Positions 1-8,932 of a DNA stretch of 51,404 bases are shown here, one piece after another. A program made the translations under genes and the position numbers. The stretch spans positions 1-51,404 of the forward strand of contig JBGANF010000048.1 in NCBI GenBank assembly GCA_044222475.1. The letters run 5' to 3'. Each line of letters starts with the position of its first letter. Position 1 is the first letter of the stretch. The notes beneath the pieces were generated by a model. That model ran no database searches and was not told where the DNA came from. It saw nothing but the letters and a program-made list of their open reading frames with translations. The DNA comes from Polyangiaceae bacterium (lineage in GTDB: Bacteria > Myxococcota_A > Polyangia > Polyangiales > Polyangiaceae).

Positions 1-258
1 GTCGCGTGGCTCCTGACCCAGAAGATCGGTGCCGCCGGCGTTCGGTCGACCCGCTGGGTCTTTCCCCGACCGCAGTGGACCGAGACCGACCCGCGAGACA
101 TCGTCGCCGACGTTCCGCGCGTCACGCCGAACGTGACCGCGGGTCAGGCGTTTCTGGACGGCGTGCGGGATCGGGCCGAGGCCTGTGCGCCCGTCACGCA
201 AGACTCGCCGACCGTCGTGGCGTCGGACTGGGGATTCGAAGCCGCGCCGTGGCTGTAG
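1..258 (+). CDS. 3' part of a hypothetical protein (runs in from window edge)
   Basis: Frame 1 is open from base 1 (VAWLLTQKIG...WGFEAAPWL) to TAG 256-258, with GC3-rich codons. Confidence 0.55.
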   Translation, partial: VAWLLTQKIGAAGVRSTRWVFPRPQWTETDPRDIVADVPRVTPNVTAGQAFLDGVRDRAEACAPVTQDSPTVVASDWGFEAAPWL

Positions 259-280
259 CCGCTGCGTGTATGCTCTTTTC

Positions 281-934
281 GTGCACGAGAGCCATCGCGC
301 GGACGCCGAGCGGCTTCGGGGCGTCCTCTCGCGCGAGAGGGTGCCGCCGTCCGAGCTTCGCGCAGCGCTGACGAGCGTGCCGCCCCTCGATCGCGACGCG
401 TGGCTCGACGTCGTCTTCGGGCTCGACGCTCCACCCGACGACGGGCCGGAGCTTCCGCCCGGATGCGTTCCGTACTTGCCGTGCCCGGTCGAGGCGCTCC
501 TCCATGTCGTGGATCACGCGGAGGTTCGACCCTCCGACGTGTTCGTCGACGTCGGCTCGGGCGTGGGGCGCGCGGCCGCGTTGGTCCATCTGCTGACGGG
601 CGCGACGGCGACCGGCATCGAGATCCAACCGGCGCTCGTCGCCGAGGCGCGCGCGCTCATGCGTCGATTGAACGTCGATCGCGTGTCGTCGATCGAAGGC
701 GACGCGGTGGCGCGCACGGACGTCCTGACGAAGGGGTCGGTCTTCTTCCTCTACTGTCCGTTCAGCGGAGAGCGTCTCGAGAAGGTGCTCGACGCGCTCG
801 AAGGGATCGCGCGAGCCCGCCCCATTCGCGTGTGCTGCGTCGGGCTAGCTCCGTTGTCGCGGCCGTGGCTGGCGTTGCTCGCCGAGCCAGCCAACGACGT
901 GACGCTGTACCGCAGCACCCTCACCCCACGGTGA
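281..934 (+). CDS. Class I SAM-dependent methyltransferase (DOT1-like)
   Basis: Motif I VFVDVGSGVGR, then GIEIQPAL and IEGDA; GTG 281 lies 6 nt after TATGCT. Confidence 0.8.
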   Translation: MHESHRADAERLRGVLSRERVPPSELRAALTSVPPLDRDAWLDVVFGLDAPPDDGPELPPGCVPYLPCPVEALLHVVDHAEVRPSDVFVDVGSGVGRAAALVHLLTGATATGIEIQPALVAEARALMRRLNVDRVSSIEGDAVARTDVLTKGSVFFLYCPFSGERLEKVLDALEGIARARPIRVCCVGLAPLSRPWLALLAEPANDVTLYRSTLTPR

Positions 935-1143
935 ACATCGCAGCGAGGGCGACGCAGCCGGCGAGCACGGTCGCGCCGTGCACCATCCACGCGCCGTGCT
1001 TCCTCTACTGGAGCAGCCAGGAGCACGAGGAGGCCGTCACCGAAGCCGCCGAGCCCCGACCGGTCGGGTGTATCCAGTCCAATCTTCCCGGATGGTGGCA
1101 TGATCCCGATCGCACGGGCGCGAACCTGACGTATCGTGGGGCC

Positions 1144-1776
1144 ATGCGCCGCGTCATCTTGATCGGTCTGTGTTTGGCGAGCATCGGAACCTACGCCTGC
1201 GTCGGCGACACACCGGTCGGCGCCGACTCCGGCGTCGCGCAGCCGGGCGAAGAGAGCGGGCCCTGCTACGGCGACGGGACCTGCAACAAGAACCAGCCGC
1301 TCACGTGCATCTCGAAGGTGTGCGTTCGGTTGACCGATGGGGGCAACCCGAACGACGGAGGAGCTCCGATCGACGGCGGTGGACCGCCGCCCAACTGCAA
1401 CTTCGGCACGAACGCTCAGCCCGGCGTGGCTTGCGGCACGTCGGCCCGATGCACGACCGCCACCCAGAACTGCTGCTCCTCGTCGAGCACCCCGACCTGC
1501 CAACCGAAGGATGCTGGGTGCAGCCTCTTCCTCGGCACGTGCGACGAGACCAGCGATTGCCAAACGGGCGTGTGTTGCCTCACCACCGGATCGGTCACGA
1601 ACTCGAGCGTGTGTCCGGTCTCCGTCTCGGCGACGATTCCGGCGAGCGCGACGTGCGTCGCGACCTGTACCGGGCTCGTGATGTGCGCGCTCGGTGCGCC
1701 GTGCGCCGGCGGAAAGACCTGCGTTCGGGCGACGAACTCGCTCAACTTCTTCCCCGAGTTCGGCGTCTGCATGTGA
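1144..1776 (+). CDS. Cys-rich myxobacterial lipoprotein
   Basis: Signal peptide MRRVILIGLCLASIGTYAC with lipobox Cys; DGG repeats; many Cys. Confidence 0.8.
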   Translation: MRRVILIGLCLASIGTYACVGDTPVGADSGVAQPGEESGPCYGDGTCNKNQPLTCISKVCVRLTDGGNPNDGGAPIDGGGPPPNCNFGTNAQPGVACGTSARCTTATQNCCSSSSTPTCQPKDAGCSLFLGTCDETSDCQTGVCCLTTGSVTNSSVCPVSVSATIPASATCVATCTGLVMCALGAPCAGGKTCVRATNSLNFFPEFGVCM

Positions 1777-3548
1777 ATCCGTTCGTCTCGCCCACCCGGC
1801 ACCTCTTCTTCACCGGCAAAGGCGGCGTCGGCAAGACCGCGCTGTCGTGCGCGGCGGCCATCTCGCTCGCCGATCGCGGAAAGCGCGTTCTGCTCGTGAG
1901 CACCGATCCGGCGTCGAACCTCGACGAGATGCTCGGCGTCGCGCTCGGCAGCCATCCCACCGCGATCACGGGCGTGGCCAACCTGCACGCGATGAACATC
2001 GATCCCGAAGCGGCGGCGGACGCGTACCGCGCGCGCGTCCTCGATCCGTACGCGGGCGTGAAGACCGCCGAAGAGATCGCGAAGATCCGCGAGCAGCTCT
2101 CGGGCGCGTGCACGACCGAGATCGCTGCGTTCGATCAGTTCGCTGGGTTGCTGTCCGGCGCCGATCTCGCGACGAGCTTCGATCACGTGATCTTCGACAC
2201 GGCGCCCACCGGTCACACGCTCCGCCTCCTTCAGCTGCCGCGCGCGTGGACGACGTTCCTCGAGTCGAGCGAGCACGGCGCGTCGTGCCTCGGGCCGCAC
2301 TCGGGTCTGACGATGCATCACGATCGCTTCGCCGCGGCGATGGCCGCGTTGATGGACGGCGCGCGCACGACCGTGGTGCTCGTCGCTCGGCCCAACCCGA
2401 GCGCGTTGCGCGAGGCCGCGCGGACCTCGATCGAGCTTCGCGCGCTCGGCGTCGAGAACCAGAGGCTCGTCGTCAACGCCGTCTTTCGCGCACGGGACCC
2501 GCACGATCGCGTCGCTCAGGCGTTCGAGCGTCGCGCCACCGCCGCGCTCGACGCGATGCCGGCGTCGCTGCGGGCACTGCCGAGATCCGAGGTGCCGCTG
2601 CGGTCGTTCGACATGGTCGGACTGCCGGCGCTCCGCGCGCTGCTCGACGACGCGAAGCCGGCGACGAGCGGGGCCAACGAAGCGAGCGCGCGCGTCGACC
2701 TACCGCCGTTGTCGAGCCTGATCGACGAGCTCGCCGGTGCCGGGCACGGCCTCGTCATGGTGATGGGCAAAGGTGGCGTCGGAAAGACGACGGTGGCGGC
2801 GGCTGTCGCGATCGAGCTCGCGTCGCGAGGCATCCACGTGCACCTGAGCACGACCGATCCGGCGGCGCACGTCGCAGAGGCGGTCGCGGGCGTCGTCGAT
2901 CACCTCGAGATCAGCCGCATCGATCCGGCCGCGGAGACGAAGGCGTACACCGAGCGCGTGATGGCGCGCAAAGGTCGCGATCTGGACGCGGAAGGTCGCG
3001 CGCTCCTCGAAGAGGATCTCCGCTCGCCGTGCACCGAAGAGGTCGCGGTGTTCCACGCGTTCTCGAAGCTCGTGTCGCAGGCGCGCAGCGGCTTCGTCGT
3101 GCTCGACACCGCGCCGACCGGGCACACGCTGCTGTTGCTCGACGCGACCGGTTCGTACCACCGCGACGTGATGCGTGGTCTCGGCCCGGACGACGCGAAG
3201 CGGCTCGTCACGCCGTTGATGCGTCTTCAGGATCCCGAGTACACGAAGGTGCTCGTCGTCACGCTTCCGGAGACGACGCCGGTGACGGAAGCGGCGCAGC
3301 TCCAGAGCGATCTGCGGCGCGCGAAGATCGAGCCGTTCGCGTGGGTCGTGAACTCGAGCCTCGCGGCGACGGACACGAAGGACCCATTGTTGCTGGAGCG
3401 AATTCCCCGTGAGCTCGAGCAGATCGCGCGGATTCGTCGCGACCTCGCGCGTCGCGTGGCGATCGTCCCGTGGATGGCGGAAGAACCCGTCGGCGAGGCG
3501 CGCCTGCGAGAGGTCGTGCGCGGAGGTCCGAGCGCTTCGACGACGTGA
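1773..3548 (+). CDS. arsA: Arsenical pump-driving ATPase ArsA (two NBDs)
   Basis: Two GKGGVGKT Walker A motifs, two DTAPTGH motifs, and metalloid-ligand Cys in LSGACTTE, ASCLGP and SPCTEE; GTG start overlaps the upstream stop. Confidence 0.93.
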   Translation: MNPFVSPTRHLFFTGKGGVGKTALSCAAAISLADRGKRVLLVSTDPASNLDEMLGVALGSHPTAITGVANLHAMNIDPEAAADAYRARVLDPYAGVKTAEEIAKIREQLSGACTTEIAAFDQFAGLLSGADLATSFDHVIFDTAPTGHTLRLLQLPRAWTTFLESSEHGASCLGPHSGLTMHHDRFAAAMAALMDGARTTVVLVARPNPSALREAARTSIELRALGVENQRLVVNAVFRARDPHDRVAQAFERRATAALDAMPASLRALPRSEVPLRSFDMVGLPALRALLDDAKPATSGANEASARVDLPPLSSLIDELAGAGHGLVMVMGKGGVGKTTVAAAVAIELASRGIHVHLSTTDPAAHVAEAVAGVVDHLEISRIDPAAETKAYTERVMARKGRDLDAEGRALLEEDLRSPCTEEVAVFHAFSKLVSQARSGFVVLDTAPTGHTLLLLDATGSYHRDVMRGLGPDDAKRLVTPLMRLQDPEYTKVLVVTLPETTPVTEAAQLQSDLRRAKIEPFAWVVNSSLAATDTKDPLLLERIPRELEQIARIRRDLARRVAIVPWMAEEPVGEARLREVVRGGPSASTT

Positions 3549-3573
3549 CGCGCGAGACGCTATCCTCGCGTTC

Positions 3574-3978
3574 ATGTCCAACCTCACGAGTCGCGTGGCC
3601 GAGTGTTCGTGCGGCGCGCTCCGCGTGACGTGCGTCGGCGAGCCCGAGCGCGTGTCGGTGTGTCACTGCCTCGCGTGCCAACGGCGAACCGGCAGCCCGT
3701 TCGGCCAGCAGTCGCGGTGGCGCGCCGAGCGCGTGACGATCACCGGCCCATCGACGACGTTCGTGCGCGTCGGCGACGAAGGCACGCGCATCGCGTTCCA
3801 CTTTTGCCCGACGTGCGGGGCGACCGTGTACTACGAGCTCGACGCGATGCCGGGCATGATCGCGGTGCCGGTGGGCGCGTTCGCCGATCCCGCGTTCCCG
3901 CCGCCGACGTGGTCGATCTACGACGCGCGAAAGCACGGCTGGGTGGTGATGCCCGAGGGCGTGTCTCACATGGACTGA
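3574..3978 (+). CDS. GFA/CENP-V family Zn protein
   Basis: CSCG...CHCLACQRRTG...FCPTCG. Confidence 0.9.
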   Translation: MSNLTSRVAECSCGALRVTCVGEPERVSVCHCLACQRRTGSPFGQQSRWRAERVTITGPSTTFVRVGDEGTRIAFHFCPTCGATVYYELDAMPGMIAVPVGAFADPAFPPPTWSIYDARKHGWVVMPEGVSHMD

Positions 3979-4005
3979 ACCGAGGCGCTCGCGTAGCGTC
4001 GTTGC

Positions 4006-4827
4006 ATGCGGGTTCGCGTCCTGGCGACGTGTTTGGGAGCGTGCGTGCTTTGCTCGACCGCTGCGTGGGCGGTCCCGCCGCAGCCGCGCGACTACATGCT
4101 CGATCCTCCGAAGCAGGGCTTCTGGATCCACGGCGACGTGTTCACCGCTGGCGCGCAGGCGACGGTCGAAGGCCGGCTCCCGGTCGAGGACGAGTCCTAC
4201 GGGCACATGTCGTTTCGCTTCAGCGCGCTCGGCAGCCTCGGCTACGGGGAGATGGCGGGTCACTTCGACATCCGCTCGTTCCTCTTCACGTTCGGGATGA
4301 GCGTCGGGATCCGCGACGTGTGGCGCACGTACGACGGCCCGCGTGGGACGCTGGTCACCCGCCAGAACCGACTCGACGAAGACAGCGCGAAGAGCTTCTC
4401 GGCCGAGATCTGGCCCTACGCGGAGGCGCGCTTCCGTCTGGTGATTCCGCTCGAGAGCTTCTGGTTCGTGTCGAACCACGTCGTGCGCTACGAGGGCGCG
4501 CCGGAAAACTCGTTCGATTGGTTCACCACCAACGTCCACGACGGCGGGCTCGTCTACCGCGGCGACGCGGTGCTCTTCTATCGCAACAAGTACCTCGGCG
4601 CGCTCGGACCGTACGTCCGCTACATGAACATGCCGCGGGGGACGGGGCGCGAAAACGAGATCGCGGCCGGCTTGCTCTACGTCATCCGTCTCGGGATCAA
4701 GCACCGCGACGACATGCTGTCGCTGCAAGTCTTGACCCGCCCCGGTGACGACGAGTTCGGCTTTCAGATCCTGCGGATCCCGCTGTGGGTGATGCTGGCG
4801 TATCGGGCGAGCTTCAAGCTGTTTTGA
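4006..4827 (+). CDS. Secreted, probable outer-membrane beta-barrel protein
   Basis: Signal peptide, alternating amphipathic strands, C-terminal Phe. Confidence 0.6.
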   Translation: MRVRVLATCLGACVLCSTAAWAVPPQPRDYMLDPPKQGFWIHGDVFTAGAQATVEGRLPVEDESYGHMSFRFSALGSLGYGEMAGHFDIRSFLFTFGMSVGIRDVWRTYDGPRGTLVTRQNRLDEDSAKSFSAEIWPYAEARFRLVIPLESFWFVSNHVVRYEGAPENSFDWFTTNVHDGGLVYRGDAVLFYRNKYLGALGPYVRYMNMPRGTGRENEIAAGLLYVIRLGIKHRDDMLSLQVLTRPGDDEFGFQILRIPLWVMLAYRASFKLF

Positions 4828-4840
4828 GCTGCGTGTCAGG

Positions 4841-5410
4841 CTACTCGAGCGCGCCCACTTCCTTGAGCAAGCGGAGCGTCGAGACCACCGGGTCGTCCGC
4901 GTAGGTTCCGTCCCCGAGGACGCCGTCGCGCAGCCCTTTCGCAATGTCACGAGGGGCGTGGACCTCGATCGCCCCTCCGGCGGTTCTGATCGATTGGACG
5001 TGCGCGACGATGGCGTCCTCGTGACCACGTTTGAAGTGACCGACAAAGAGGGCGACGCCAACCTGCGCCGCCCGGTATCCGTAGCGCTTGCACGCCTCGC
5101 CGATCAGCTCGGTACGATGGTCAGCATCGTTGATCAATCGGTATCGAGCCAGCTCGCGCTCGTTGGGCTTGTTCGTCAAGCCCGCGAAGCTCTTTCGCTG
5201 AACGCCCTTGGACCCGAAGAACGACTTCACCTCGCCGAGCACGAGGCGGTCGGCGCGCGCGGCGACGACGTCGACCTCGTAGCCGTGAACCTGGGTTTCT
5301 TCGCGAGCTTTCTTGCGCGTCTTCTTCGCGAGCTTGAACTTCACGTTGGTCGCCACGACGAAGCCGCTGCGCTCGAGGTACAAGCGGACCACGTGCTCGA
5401 AGCCTTCCAT
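4841..5410 (-). CDS. PD-(D/E)xK nuclease-fold protein
   Basis: FE..V...L at the N-terminus and EVDVVA...LGEVKS catalytic pattern. Confidence 0.75.
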   Translation of the reverse strand: MEGFEHVVRLYLERSGFVVATNVKFKLAKKTRKKAREETQVHGYEVDVVAARADRLVLGEVKSFFGSKGVQRKSFAGLTNKPNERELARYRLINDADHRTELIGEACKRYGYRAAQVGVALFVGHFKRGHEDAIVAHVQSIRTAGGAIEVHAPRDIAKGLRDGVLGDGTYADDPVVSTLRLLKEVGALE

Positions 5411-5420
5411 GGCGCTGACC

Positions 5421-6125
5421 TCATCTTCCCTTCAGGGTCTTCACGATCTCGGCAGCTGCTTCGCGGAGCTTCTCCATCTCGCCGATGATGCCGTTGCGCT
5501 CTTCGGTATCCATCTGGCCACGCAGAAGCTTCACCCTCCGCAAGGTAGATGCACCTTCGAGCGCCTCGCGCATCTTGCGTGCCTTGGTCGCGAGCTGCTT
5601 GCCGCTCCATCGCACTTGGCGCGACTTGCCGTCTTCGGACATGAGCTGCGTGACGTACTGCCGCGTGTCGGTCTGCGTGAGATCGAGCTTCGAGACGTGG
5701 ATCGCCGCGTCCTTCAGCTTGCGCGCGTCACCGAGCGGGAGGAGAAGCTCTTTCCGCCCGGCGTCGAGCGAGCGGAACGCGGAGTCGTGGATGCGCTTGT
5801 CCCAAGCGGCCATCCCGAGCGCGACATAGAGCATGTGCCGGCTCAGCCGAAGCGTGGGCCCACCTGCGCGACGCACGAGCTCGAGCCACACGGGGTTCTT
5901 GGTTCGGCGATCGAGGGCCTCGGTCGTGTCGTCGTCGAAGATCTTGGCGAGGAGGTATCGGCCGTACTCGGTGACCTTGGTCTCGAGCTCGTCGGCGAGG
6001 CCGCTCCCTTCGCGCAGGGCGTCGCCAAGCACCGTCTTCTCCGCGGCGCTGAGACTGACCGGCGGAGCGCCGTGTTCGGCGCGGGCGAGGGCGGTCGAGC
6101 GACCGGAGGACTGAGGTTTCGCCAT
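5421..6125 (-). CDS. Hypothetical helical, probably DNA-binding protein (DUF1016-N/YhcG-N-like)
   Basis: 234-aa ORF with typical codon usage; ATG lies 6 nt after TAGCAT; family resemblance is tentative. Confidence 0.6.
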   Translation of the reverse strand: MAKPQSSGRSTALARAEHGAPPVSLSAAEKTVLGDALREGSGLADELETKVTEYGRYLLAKIFDDDTTEALDRRTKNPVWLELVRRAGGPTLRLSRHMLYVALGMAAWDKRIHDSAFRSLDAGRKELLLPLGDARKLKDAAIHVSKLDLTQTDTRQYVTQLMSEDGKSRQVRWSGKQLATKARKMREALEGASTLRRVKLLRGQMDTEERNGIIGEMEKLREAAAEIVKTLKGR

Positions 6126-6148
6126 GTCGGGATGCTACCGAACCGAGA

Positions 6149-6168
6149 TAATTCCGGCGCCGGAATTA
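6149..6168. promoter_or_regulatory. Perfect 20-bp palindrome TAATTCCGGCGCCGGAATTA (operator or hairpin)
   Basis: Exact self reverse-complement, between the tRNA 3' end and the -10 element of the 6125 gene. Confidence 0.6.
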
Positions 6169-6198
6169 ACGCGAACCAGCAGGAAACAAGCGGTCTGG

Positions 6199-6286
6199 TG
6201 GCGGAGGAGGAGAGATTCGAACTCCCGGTGGGTTGCCCCACGGCGGTTTTCAAAACCGCTGCCTTAGACCACTCGGCCACTCCTCC
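6199..6286 (-). tRNA. tRNA-Ser(TGA), 88 nt, CCA encoded
   Basis: GGAGGAGTGGCCGAGTGGTCTAAGGCAGCGGTTTTGAAAACCGCCGTGGGGCAACCCACCGGGAGTTCGAATCTCTCCTCCTCCGCCA; long variable arm, TTCGAAT T-loop. Confidence 0.97.
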
Positions 6287-6289
6287 GAA
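6247..6289 (+). repeat. att site, left copy of 43-bp direct repeat (tRNA anticodon loop to 5' end plus 3 nt)
   Basis: TTTTCAAAACCGCTGCCTTAGACCACTCGGCCACTCCTCCGAA, identical at 22907-22949. Confidence 0.93.
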
Positions 6290-6486
6290 GCCTGTTTCCT
6301 AGCCTCTTCGTGGGTTCGACGCGACACGAAAGGACGGTCACCAGCGACGTCCCAGACAATTCCTGCCCCGATTCGACCGTCTTTTCTGCCCGACCGAACG
6401 GCGAGGCACCTCCCGGCTCGAGAGCCACGGCAGCCTCGGATCACACTCTACTTCACAAAGGCCGATCTGTGCCTTAGCTTGTGAGC

Positions 6487-7281
6487 GTGCAAGCGACCTT
6501 CGACCCGTTCAGCTCGAAAGGCCCAGATGAGGTTCCCCTCGCACGAGCCCCGCTCATTCGGGTCATCGCTCAGCTGCGTTTCCCGCCCGTTGTCTCCTTG
6601 GGTGGTCCCGAGTTTATGGGTCCGTTCCAGGAGGCGATCCGCGCTCGTTACCCAATCTTGCGCCCCGAGCAGACGGCCGGGTTCGTCGTCGGCCCGCTTG
6701 GGGTGGTGGCGCAGCGGACCGACCGTGTCGTCTGGCGATTTCACGATAGAACGGATGGATGGCGCGTTAGCCTCGCTTCCGATTTCGTCGCGCTAGAATC
6801 GATAGTCTACAAGGATCGCGACGACTTCTTCGAGAGGTTCGAGCAGATCCTCGACGCGCTCGAGACCGTGGCGAAGCTTGCGGTCTACGATCGTTTGGGT
6901 GTCCGCTACATCAACCGCATCCGAGGCGTCGAGCTCGAGAAGCTTGATTCGCTCGTGAAGCCGGAGGTTCTCGGCCTTGGCGCGTCGCCCATCGCCGGCC
7001 TCACCCACTCGCTGTGCGAGAGCCTTTTTCAGAATGATGAGGTGTCCCTCAACACCCGGTGGGGGCGGCTCCCGCCGAACGCCACGACCGACCCCGCGGC
7101 GGTTGACCCGATCGCCGAACCAAGCTGGCTCCTCGACCTCGACATGTTTCGTGGAGTCCAGAAGGACTTCGACACCCGCGCCATCCTCGCCGATGGCCGC
7201 ATGTTTGCGAGGACGATCCACGACTTCTTTCGTTGGTGTGTGACCCCGGAGTTCCTCAAAGTTTACGGAGGAAGGCCATGA
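6487..7281 (+). CDS. TIGR04255 family protein
   Basis: LARAPLIRVIAQLRFP N-terminus, RLGVRYINRI, WLLDLDMF; GTG 6487 lies 6 nt after TAGCTT (alternative start GTG 6481). Confidence 0.8.
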   Translation: MQATFDPFSSKGPDEVPLARAPLIRVIAQLRFPPVVSLGGPEFMGPFQEAIRARYPILRPEQTAGFVVGPLGVVAQRTDRVVWRFHDRTDGWRVSLASDFVALESIVYKDRDDFFERFEQILDALETVAKLAVYDRLGVRYINRIRGVELEKLDSLVKPEVLGLGASPIAGLTHSLCESLFQNDEVSLNTRWGRLPPNATTDPAAVDPIAEPSWLLDLDMFRGVQKDFDTRAILADGRMFARTIHDFFRWCVTPEFLKVYGGRP

Positions 7282-7964
7282 CGAGCGGTTACGTCCGGCC
7301 GGCGGCCCTCTTTGCAGATGGGACCTTCGCGATGCCACCCACCATTCCTTCAATGCAACGGGCGATGAACGTCATCGTGCTCGGCACCGCCTTGGCCGTT
7401 TCGCCTACGAACGCGTCGGCTGCCACAACGGAAGCCAAGGTGGACACACGTTGGTGCAGTAGTCGATGGACGAACAGCGGAGATGTGCTCGACGAGGTTG
7501 TTGGCAATCGAGCGTTCGCGGACGCTGTGCTCGAGGTCCGGCGACGCAGCGGCCTAACTTGGGAACAGCTTGCGTCGCTGTTTGGGGTTGATCGTCGGTC
7601 CGTACACCTGTGGGCCTCCGGGCGTCCAATGAGCGCGTCGAACGCGGAACGTTTGAACCGCATTCTCGCCGTTCTGCGGTGTGGCGATCGTGGAAGTGCC
7701 TCGGCAACGAAGGCGTGGCTCCACTCGCCGACCTCGCACGGCCTTCTTCCCCTCGACCTCCTTCGAGCGGGGCGCTTCGATGAGATCGTGGTGCCCGGAA
7801 CTAGGGGAGTTCCTCCTCGGCCGGCTCCCACCTCCGAGAAGGCGACGAAGGCTCGGGCTCCGAGACCGCCCGAGGCTCTTGTCAGTGCACGTCACGATCG
7901 CGTTCACATCGAGAAGGGACAGCTCATCCGCGCCGTGCCCCTCAAGGTGTCCAAGCCGAAGTGA
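7278..7964 (+). CDS. Xre-type HTH protein with antitoxin-like (MbcA/DUF2384-like) segment
   Basis: SGLTWEQLASLFGVDRRSVHLWASG HTH; WLHSP...PLDLLRAG; ATGA coupling to upstream gene. Confidence 0.7.
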   Translation: MTSGYVRPAALFADGTFAMPPTIPSMQRAMNVIVLGTALAVSPTNASAATTEAKVDTRWCSSRWTNSGDVLDEVVGNRAFADAVLEVRRRSGLTWEQLASLFGVDRRSVHLWASGRPMSASNAERLNRILAVLRCGDRGSASATKAWLHSPTSHGLLPLDLLRAGRFDEIVVPGTRGVPPRPAPTSEKATKARAPRPPEALVSARHDRVHIEKGQLIRAVPLKVSKPK

Positions 7965-7968
7965 TGCC

Positions 7969-8826
7969 GTGCCCCGTCTCACCCCCGAACATCCCGATGC
8001 GAAGCGCGTAGACGACGCCCTTGCCCAATGGAGGCAGGGCGACGTAGCGCTCGATGCGAACTGGTTCGTCCACGTCGCGGACGGCAAGCTCGCTCTCACG
8101 GACGAAGCAGCAGAAGCCGGAGAGGGAACGAACGTCATTCAAGCAACGGCCGAGGGGTCCGTCGTGTTGACCCAGACTTGCGACATCGTGAGGCGCTGCC
8201 TGAATCGGCCCTTCATCGAGGTGGCCCCACTTGTCGAGGTCGACGAGAACGTCGCACATGCAATCGAGCGCGGGCATCGACCGAACTACGCCATCATCCC
8301 CGCCCTGCGCTCTCGACGTCTCGTCGCCGACCTCGATCGAGTGATGACTGTCGAGAAGTCGATCGTCGCGAGTTGGACCCGAACGCCAGGCTACTCGACT
8401 GACGAAGAAGCACGGACGTTCGCACAAGCCCTCGCACGAAAGCGCGTGCGCTTCGCTTTCCCAGATGACTTCAACGAGCAGGTGAGGAAGCTACAGGCAC
8501 GGATCGAGGCGAAGCACGACAAGCTGAGCGACGAAGGTCGCGCGCTTCGAGCTCTGCGAGAGATCCGCGTCACCGGGAGTCCGTCTTGGGAGGAACCGAA
8601 AGGCCTGGAAGTATTCTTCTGGTTCGTGAGGAACGATGGCGACGTGACGTTCGAGGGAAGGACCTGGGACGGCTTCCTGGAAGCATGGAAGAAGCTCGTG
8701 CCGCCGCACGGCAGGATCACCAAGGTCGAAGGCGTGGTTGTGGCGCTCGGGGACATGACGGCACACGAGTACGTGAGTAGCGACCCGCTCGACCTCGACT
8801 ACCTGAGCAGCCGAGAGGACGACTAG
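7969..8826 (+). CDS. Hypothetical protein with PemK/MazF-like N-terminal region (putative toxin)
   Basis: WRQGDV...VVLTQTCDI...IEVAPLV...VADLDRVMTVEK pattern. Confidence 0.55.
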   Translation: MPRLTPEHPDAKRVDDALAQWRQGDVALDANWFVHVADGKLALTDEAAEAGEGTNVIQATAEGSVVLTQTCDIVRRCLNRPFIEVAPLVEVDENVAHAIERGHRPNYAIIPALRSRRLVADLDRVMTVEKSIVASWTRTPGYSTDEEARTFAQALARKRVRFAFPDDFNEQVRKLQARIEAKHDKLSDEGRALRALREIRVTGSPSWEEPKGLEVFFWFVRNDGDVTFEGRTWDGFLEAWKKLVPPHGRITKVEGVVVALGDMTAHEYVSSDPLDLDYLSSREDD

Positions 8827-8932
8827 GCGACGTGGCCGCGAGTGGTGCGGCAGATGACCGTCTCGTTGAGCAAGCAGAAAAGGACTCCGAGAAGTAGACG
8901 GCGCCGACCGGGAAGAGGAACGCTCGTGGTCG

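Noticed and set aside
281..934. Methyltransferase as arsenite methyltransferase ArsM
   Set aside because: It lacks the recognisable ArsM Cys arrangement; only proximity to arsA suggests it.
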